From assembly GCF_009914755.1 (NCBI RefSeq), contig NC_060947.1: a DNA stretch of 64,000 bases, one strand, 5' to 3'. Under the pieces are notes generated by a model that saw nothing but the letters and a program-made list of their open reading frames with translations, was not told the DNA's origin and ran no database searches. This stretch comes from the human T2T-CHM13v2.0 reference genome, Homo sapiens. Numbering within the stretch: the first letter of the stretch is position 1; each line of letters begins with the position of its first letter. Position numbers and translations under genes: made by a program. This document shows positions 53,841 through 64,000 of the stretch, in pieces.

Positions 53841-56800
53841 TTGCAGAGGACTTCAGAACAGCTTGGCAGAGCCTCCTGCCCCCAGTTAGTTATCCAGCCT
53901 GAGGGTTTGGAGGTGGGGATGAGACATGCCTAAAGAGAAGATCTCTGGGCAATGGATTTGGCAGGACAAGAATCCATGGCAACCTTTAGTTGAAACCAAA
54001 ATTCTACAAATGTTGGTGCTTGTTACACTTTCATTCATGACAACTCCCTGAGGGACCCATATTGCATTTGGTCTTCCTTAAACGGGGAAACCAAGGCTCA
54101 GGGCCGTTCTGGGACTTATTCAAGTTCACAAGGAGCTTCCAAAGCCCAGGTCTTCCTCCTCATTTCCAGTACCCTCTTCAACCAACTTCCTCGTTCTGAT
54201 GGGAGGATGCCATTATCTACACAGGAGCCCCCTGAGGGAGATGTTCTCTTCTGCAAGGGCCCCTCTTCCTTGTGGTTGCTGACAGCTTCTGTGGGCATTG
54301 CTCAGATTCCTCCTAACACTCTTATCTGCCTTCCTCATTCCCTCTTTCATGAGGAATGGGATCCCAGTCCCTCCCAAAGGAAGGAGCTGAGCAAGATGCT
54401 AAATCACAAAACCTCTTCTTCTTGGCCACAGGAACCAGGAGATCCACCTCAGACATTTCCTCTCGCCCACTGTTGAATTGTACCTTCTGGAATTGAGAAG
54501 ACATCCGGAACCATGGAGGTCTGGACCCTCTGAGCCCTTACTCCTGAACCCCTCTGTCTGAGCCTGTTTTCCTTATCACACTCAGAAGGGAAGGGGCTGT
54601 CCAACCCTGTTTCTCATCTAAGCCATCCACAAGCTCACGCTTGTAGACAGACCACCATCTCCCGGCCTGGCAGCTGTCAGCAACAGAAAAACCTGCTTTA
54701 GCCAGTTCCATCTTCGCCAGCAGATGTCACTACAGCCTGACCTCAGGTTACCCAAAATGAGTTCCTAATTTGGGTCATGAAGCTCTAGGAGGACCACGGA
54801 CAAACACGCACCCAGAAGAGAATCCTTTTGCCCTTTTTCTTTTCTTCTATGGGGCAAACTTACTGACTGCCAGTAAGATGTTTTTTATACTTCTGTTTCA
54901 CCATCTGTAAAATGGACATTTCCACCATGTTCCCTATCTTCCCTACAGGGATGCTGTGGGATTCTGGAATGCCTATGATGTTCCAGAACTAATTGGTTCC
55001 CCTCCTCACAGGACCTCAGTTATTTCCTCAAACAGAGGATAAAATTAGAGCACCTTTATGATAATTGACTTGCCTCGCATTTGCCTTAACAGATACCTGG
55101 AACCATCTCCACCTACTTCCGTTTCCATAGTAACAGAAGGGTCAAAAAAAAACTAACAAAATAAGACACCTAAGAGGCATAAACAAAATATGTGATGGTG
55201 TGGGAGGCTGTAAAGTTTTTATTGCCACCTGTTTGGGAAGACCTGCATAATTCAGTCGTGCTCCTGGCATTTGTGAGCAAAGCAATCACCCCAAAGTTGT
55301 GGCAATAAAGCCTTTATAGCCCCCCATGCTGGCACGCCCGCTTTCTAGGTACAAAGCCCCAGTTTGATAAACTTCCGCTTCTCACATTTGCATAATGGAA
55401 ATGGACTAGATTTTAAACCCAGGCTGTTGGGAGGCATAACTCGCAGCTCTCCTGGAAGTGAATCACGAGCTTTCCTGGGTGGAGGTAGCTGGAAGAGGCA
55501 CCGAACCCCACCGATAAGACCACAGGGCAGGGCAGGGGCACCAGAAAAGACCCTCCCCGCTCTCTTGGATGTAAGGCCGGGCCAGGTTTTGGTTGAAGGT
55601 CACATTGCTCCTGGGTCAGAGAACTATAACATCAAAGCGCCTTTATGGTAAGCACACTGGCAGAAAGAGCCTGTCTAGGGCAACTTTGGGGCAGAAAGGG
55701 TGGTTATAACCCAAGTATGTACGTGATGTTCTTTCCCTTCCGACCCTCCACCCCCATGCTGCTCTCTGGCACCCTCACATTTTCTGGTACCCCCTCCTCC
55801 AACCTGCCATCCATTGCCCACTATTCCCACAATTTTTTTGCAAAGTGTGCACATTGCGGATGGGGGGAAGGGGTAGCAGTGGCTGCGCTTGGTGCCTCCC
55901 CCTCTCGGGAGATTACTGCAGCCCTGCCGGCGCTCAGTGGTAAAAGTTTGAACGTGTCTGCAGAGCTTAATCAAATGCTAATTCCGTGTGGTGAAAGAAT
56001 TTGCTGGAATCTGCAAGGGAGCTCCTGGCAGCAAGAAAATGCGTTGATTCACTCCCAAATCTGCTTTGCCCAAGCCGGGTGCGATTTAGACTGTAAAGCT
56101 GCATTAAATCACAAAGTGCTGTGTGGATCACACAGCCATCCTTTGTGTCGTTAATGAAGGGAAAAACAGGGCTTTATTCTGAAGCTTTGTGTATAATCAG
56201 ATGCCATGTTGTAAAGCTCTGGAAAACACACCAGAAATCATAATTGGGAGGAAATAAAAGGGTTAGTCCAAAACAGCATATGATTTAAATAAGAAGGAAA
56301 AAGAAACTGCCCCCAAGATTTGTGCGTTTCAAGAATCAACTTTTAATTCATTCGCAGGGAGATTACAGAAGGGGAGGAGCAGCCTTTAAAATAGTATGAA
56401 AAGCTAGTTTAGATGTAAATGAGAGATAATGGGCTTTCACCAGAAAATAAGCAATGGGGCCAAGTTTGTGCCCAGGGCTGGGGGATGGGGGTGACATCTT
56501 GGCCTGCAGGGCTCCGGAGCCCTCTAGATCCAGGTGCCGCAGACAGCGTGGGGTTTGCGGCCTGTTAGGAGCAACGGGAGGATTTGGGGCACAGGGTCTG
56601 GTAACCAGCATTCGGAGGAAGAAAAAATGGTGTTGCCTGCCCGTGTTGGTTCCCAAGGGTCCTGGGGCTTGGCGGAGTTGGGGCTGGGGGAGGTCTTGAT
56701 TGTTGCTTTAACACAGAAAATCTCCTTGGTGTGAACATTTTGAGGTCGGTAAGGAAAGGGGTTGGGGCTTTTAGGCTTGTCTTACAGCTGGAGTTAAGGA

Positions 56801-57239
56801 GCGCTGCGCGGAGCCCTCCCCAGCCCTAATTCACTAATGATTTGCTTATTAGTTCAGATCAGGGAGCCAGCTTCTGGAGAGATGTGAATTGGCATTGATT
56901 TAATCCTCTTCCCAGCACGCGTTCCCGGCCCTGGGTGAGGCTGGGAAGGGAGAGGGGGGCTGCCAGCCCTTTCAAGAGCAAGTTGCTGCTTCTCCTGTCT
57001 GGCTTTGTCTGCTTTCCTTACCATCTGCTCTCAGGCAGAGAGGAGCCATGGATGGAGGGGGCGAGCCCCAGAGTCCAAGCCCAGGCTCTAGATCTGGTTG
57101 ACCCTAGTAATGCTGAGCTCAGTGGCCTCCTGGCAGGTACAGCATATAGATGAGATGCTGTGAAGGTCCCTCAGCTCTGGCATCTATCATTAGAGGGACT
57201 GGAGCCTCTGGAACATCTTAGTGGGGAGGAATTCTGCCC

Positions 57240-58680
57240 ATAATGTATTTGGTGTCCTGTGAGCCAGGTGCTGTTTCATGTATGATGTCACCTGCCTCTC
57301 CGGTAGATACCATGATTATTCACACTTTACAAGGGAGGAAGCCGAGCCTCAGAAAGGTTAAGTAACCTGTCTAAGGTCACACGGGTAAAACATTGGAACC
57401 CAAGCTGTATAACTCAAATCTTTGATCTTCACCACACATTATGTGGTTTAATCTGAGCTGCTTCTGCTTGAACATACCTTCTTGTTTGATTATCTCTTTA
57501 TAAACTGCCATTGAGAACATTTTTCTCCATCCTTCTTCTAGCTAGATGATTTAATAATGGCCAGGGACTTAGTATTCTAGAGCATACTGCCCATGGTTCA
57601 TCTTAGTGACTAAGTACCCTTTTCTGAGCAAAACAAGAAGTACAACCCAATGTTTGTTTTTTCCAACCTGATTGGCCCAATTCTAGTCCCAGCTCCGCAG
57701 CTTTGCTTGGGTGGTTCTCATGATCTACACTCCCCATCCTTCCCTTCTCCACCTATCTAAAGCCTACCAATACCCCCAAGACTTAATTTAATCCATTAGC
57801 ACCCACTCTCACCTCTCCCACAGAGAGTTCTCTTTTCTAGACCACCATTGGGCACTTAACACACCTTCCTGCGCCTATCTTTCCATATGTATCTGTGCTT
57901 TTCTCCTTTGTCAGCCTGAGCTTTTAAGAATGGAAACTGAGTCTTCCACTTCCCTACATTTCTAATTCTACAGTGTCTTGAACATAGTGCTCCCTCAGAA
58001 AATACTTGCCTGTTAGCTGATTAATAAAACTTGGGACTTGACTTACGGTTTCTTTGGAAATCTCTGGTGCATATCTTTTCAATCCCTGTAAGCCTGGCTA
58101 CTCCTCAACAGAGATCCATTACAGATCTCACTCAGTTTCTGAATGCTATTAAGGGTCCAAATAAAGTTTGAGTTTCCAAGAAATCCCTGTAGTTGGCTTG
58201 TCCTCAAGTCAGTTCCAAAAGAATCCAACCAACATTTATTAAACTCCTACTGTGTGCCCAGGCACTGTGCTAGGCACGGAGGATATCAAAATTAATAAGA
58301 TGTATAGGGTTTGCCTTTTCATCTGGAGTATGATTATATCCTGAACCAGACAGCCATTGCATGGGGCTCCCCCAGGAATGGTAAGCTTTGTAAGAATTGG
58401 GATAATGCCCAGTTTTGTTCACTATTCTATCTCTAGCACATTACACAGTAGAAGGCATGCTCAGTAAATGTATGTGGAATATGATTATGCAGAGAACTTT
58501 GCCATGTTAACTCACAGAATCTTTACCCCAACACAGTGAAATTCGTATATTGATTTCCATTTCATTGACGAAAAAACAGATGCAGTGACTTTATATAAGT
58601 TTCTGGAGGTCATATGGTAGGGGAGAGGCGTGGACAGACCCATGTCTGTCTGGCTCCAAACTCATTTATCACATCCCTCA
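57240..58680. mobile_element. Patchwork of MIR (~57240-57440, ~58500-58680) and L2 (~57720-58025, ~58228-58480) fragments
   Basis: gaggaagccgagcctcagaaaggttaagtaacctgtctaaggtcacac (MIR); aacatttattaaactcctactgtgtgcccaggcactgtgctagg (L2). Confidence 0.7.
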
Positions 58681-58774
58681 CCCAGGACACCCAGGACTCC
58701 CTCCTGAGTCGGTAGAAGATGGGGCAGAAAGGTATGAACCAATTCTGGCAAAAGTGTAAGTTACCATCGTCCCC

Positions 58775-59290
58775 TCAACACCCAATTCATAGACTAGCTT
58801 AAAAGAAATTGCTCAAAATGAGCCCACCTAGTCCTTGGTTTCTAAATACCATTTCCCATCAAAAGGAGGCAGCTTCCTTGGAGAAACAGATTAAAAGAGG
58901 CTGAAGAGACATGACGACTAAATGCAATATTGATCCTAGATTGGACTGTGGATCAGAAAAAGAACGTGCTACAAAGTACAGTATAGGAACTACTGACAAA
59001 ATTTGACTATGGCCTATACATTAGATATTTTTCTATCGGTATAAATTCCTTGAATATAAAAATGGCCTTATGGTTATGTGGGAGAATGTCCATCTTCTTA
59101 GGCGAAATATATAGAGGTGAAGTGTCATGATGCCTGTACATTACTTTCAAATGGTTCAGGAAAAAGATAGACAGCCACATGTGTAAATATGGCACAATAA
59201 TAATTCATGAATCAAGGCATGGGGCATATGGATGCTTGTATTATTTTTTCTACTGTCTGAAGGTTTAAAACTTTTCAAAATAAAAATTGA
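58775..59290 (+). mobile_element. L1MC-type 3' fragment
   Basis: gaagagacatgacgactaaatgcaat...gatcctagattgga...tttcaaatggttcagg...tttcaaaataaaaa. Confidence 0.75.
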
Positions 59291-59897
59291 AAGAGGAGAT
59301 AATTATGCAGAAATGGCCCTGAAAATGTTACCCACATCCACCAGAAAGGTCTGGAATGGAGACTGGGGGTCACAGTAAGTAGATAGCTGCTGAGAAAATG
59401 GGTACATTAGCTGATGTCCATTCTTACAAGAACACTCTCAAGAAGCTTTTGTGGAAACAGACCGTTTTTTATAGGGTTTTTAAATGCGAAAGCAAATTAA
59501 CTACTACGTGCCATTAAATACAGAGCTATACCTGTGAAAACCCTTGAGTGGTAACCCAGGAGGAGGCAGAAGCAGGTTTGAGGTATCCCACCTCCACTTC
59601 AGAGACTAAAACCTGGGCCACTTATTACCTAAGGTAACACCTAAATGTCAAAAGGCAAGGACGGAGCCAGAGAGCAAAGCTTGCCTGTGAATACAAATGG
59701 GAACAGGCTTTCAAAATAAAGCTGAGGTTCAGGTTCCAATACTCCAAATGCCAATCAAAAGACTCATTTATTTTTTAAATATGTGGGTGAGAGTTGAGAA
59801 TTACATCTGAAAGGCCACTATCCTGGAATAAGCATAGAATCATCCTGTAGATTTCTGAATATGCTTGTCTGCCTCAGCTTTGGCTTAGTGAGTTGGG

Positions 59898-59898
<1 letters not shown>

Positions 59899-59950
<52 letters not shown>
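59899..59950. repeat. (TG)26 microsatellite
   Basis: 52 nt of uninterrupted TG. Confidence 0.97.
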
Positions 59951-59954
<4 letters not shown>

Positions 59955-60156
59955 AGAATAACATGAGGAGGAGGCATTGCTAATTGAAGTTTTCATAAAC
60001 GAGCATCTATTTGTGATTTTTTTTTTCCAAAATAAAAATTCGGGTGAAAGAAAAAAGAAATGCTCAGACCTGGCCCTGAAAATATCTATCAAAAGTGGAT
60101 CTAGGGAGTGGAGATAGAATATTTGTAATTAAACCCTTGAGTGGTAATTACAAGGT

Positions 60157-60475
<319 letters not shown>

Positions 60476-61089
60476 TTAGGTCTAAAATTTTGCCATAAGT
60501 GGAACAATCATTGATGACAGTGATGAACTTTTATGTCAACACTTTGAGGAAGGGGTCAAACCCAGAAGGCTTTCTGGAGACAGCCTCCCTGCTAATAAAA
60601 GTTAGGATGCTTTGGTTTAAGAAGTCTCTGATTTCTGTTAGTGAAGTTCTGGTGATGCCTTTAGTAGCTAGTGGCAGAATTTCCTCCTAACACCCGGCAG
60701 TTGAGGGGTGGTCTCTAACTAGGGCAGCTTACAAAGCAGATGACCTTGTTCTCAAGTGGGTAAGTTCAGCTCACTGCCAAGGAAAACTCTCACTGTCACC
60801 ATGATCACCCTGCTATACCAAACAGCCACTCTGAAAGCCAGTTATGGGTAGAAGTCCTGCTCAGGGCTCAGGAGAGCAAAGCCTCTCTCCTTCCTGGCTG
60901 GGCGCCATTTTGTTTCTCCCGGGGAGAAACTCAGAACAAAGGCAAGAACAGAGCTGAAGAGAACCAGGGGCAGACCCTGCCAACAGAAGATAGTTTCATT
61001 AAAAAAAAAAATAGGGACAGCCTTGTTCTTTGCTGTAGGCCATGGTTATTGCTGTTTGGGTTTTGCTTTTGCTTGTGGTAAGTAGATTA

Positions 61090-61521
<432 letters not shown>

Positions 61522-61924
61522 TTAGATTGCCTTTTTGGTAAGTTCCTTTCTCTAATTTTGTAAAAGTGCCATGTGCATTCAAAAAGAATATGTAATCTGT
61601 TGGTTGAATGTCAGATTCTATTCATATCCGCTAGTTAAAGTTTATTAATTGTGTGGTGCAAATCTTCAATAGCTTTATTTTTTGTCTCCTTTATTCATCA
61701 GTTTCAGAGGCAGGAATCTTAACATCTCCACCTACACTTCCTGGTTTATCTATTTTATTCTCTAGTTCTGTCCATTGTTGTTTTAAATACTTGAGGTTGT
61801 GTTGATAATTGTATAGAATGTAAATTCTAATGAAGATAAGTATTTCTGTCTGTTTTGGTCTCTGCTATCTCCTTCAAACCTAGAGCAATGCCTAGAATAT
61901 TATAGGCATTCAATATATTTTACT

Positions 61925-62365
<441 letters not shown>

Positions 62366-62452
62366 TTATTTAATTTATATTTCCTGATATATCTTTTTCC
62401 ATTCATTTAATTTCAGCTATTCTGTATTCCTTAGTTTTAAGAATACAAAATA

Positions 62453-62806
<354 letters not shown>

Positions 62807-63016
62807 TTATATTTGTTGTAACTACCATTAGGAATTCATTTTGCCATCTTATTTCCCATTTTCTACTAACTGTAATTTCTTTTTGTTTTCTTTTTTTCAG
62901 ACTATTGACAATATCAAATGTCTCTCTGCTAGTTTATAAGCTACAAATTCTAAGTTTATTCTTCTGGTGATTACCTATACCGTCAATCAATTTGTTAAAC
63001 TTATCAATACCTATAC

Positions 63017-63697
63017 TGTGGCAGCTCGTATTTTCCAAAGATGGTCCCAGCAATATCCCCCGTGTCAATACTATTCTATGTCCCACAATCGTATTCTACA
63101 ATGGCATATTGACACTCCTCCCATCCAGACAGAGTTAGGGGTGGAGGGTCTATATCCTCTGCCTTAACTCTGGGCAGACTTGTGATTTGAGTGTAACTTG
63201 AATGCATTGTAAGTGACACTCAATGACTTCCAAGGCTAGGTCCAAAAAGGCGACACAACTTCTACCTTGCTTGTTGGATCATTGGTGCTGGAGCCCTGAA
63301 CCACCATTTTTAAAGTCCAACTATCCTGAGGCTGCCATGCTATAAATAGCCCAAATAGCCCACGTAGAGAGGCCAATTAGAGAGGCCCTGAGACCGTGTG
63401 AAGAGAGAAGAATGCCCAACCAGCCCTCAGTTGCTACAGTTCCCTGTTGTTTCAGCTCGACAACAACAGGCGGCTGTAGCAATGGGGGGCTGGATGGGCA
63501 TCTCAATGTGCTTCTCCCACATTGCTTCAGCCACAGTCTAATTGTAACCACATGAGAGACTCCAAGCCAGAACCACTCAGTTAAGCCCTTCCAGAATTCC
63601 TGACCCACAGAAATCATGAGAGATAATAAAATGATTGTGGTTATTTTAAGCCACTAAATTTTAGAGTAATTTTTATATGGACATAACAACTGAAATA
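63017..63697 (+). mobile_element. MLT1G-like LTR
   Basis: tgtggcagctcgtattttccaaagatgg...cagaattcctgacccacagaaatcatgagagataataaaatg; TSD tatac/gatac. Confidence 0.8.
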
Positions 63698-63814
63698 GAT
63701 ACATTTGCCTTAGAACAAGAAAAGTACTATATAGCATGTTCTAGCATCCTTCTCGTTTCTACCCACACTGCTACTGTGTTGATGTCCCTAGAATTTTGCT
63801 CTGGATTGATATGA

Positions 63815-64000
<186 letters not shown>

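Noticed and set aside
55645-56154. 169-aa ORF in unique DNA
   Set aside because: No recognisable domain; ATG is directly followed by a GTAAG donor-like word; length is attainable by chance. PhyloCSF would be decisive.

Overview
This is primate (human-like) non-coding DNA. I find no protein-coding gene, rRNA, tRNA, snRNA or CRISPR array, and the listed ORFs either fall inside repeats or lack any recognisable protein signal. Roughly half of the window is interspersed repeats, which I recognised from memory of consensus sequences, so subfamily names and ends are approximate. These include about 14 Alu/FLAM copies, L1 fragments from L1ME to L1PA4-like age, L2, MIR, several CR1/L3 fossils, hAT-Charlie MITEs (MER3/5/20/33/58/102, Charlie4a) and MaLR elements, including a full-length THE1B-like provirus with a GTACC TSD. 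Five LTR16 and two LTR33 ERVL LTRs are also present. Many repeats are nested with intact TSDs. The unique DNA between them looks like a regulatory gene desert or large intron, with several motif-dense candidate enhancers and a small orphan CpG island next to a (GGAA)15 microsatellite. The strongest unexplained signal is a ~146-nt hairpin at 55191-55336 with strand-asymmetric G-U pairing beside an RFX X-box. Others are a 15-bp inverted repeat carrying two MITF/TFE-type E-boxes (20543-20585), an AluSp/AluY chimera with intact TSDs (20811-21108), a fragmented CR1/L3 retaining its endonuclease region (29770-33760) and a 17-bp direct repeat flanking (TG)26. I cannot establish a new biological system or identify the locus from sequence alone.
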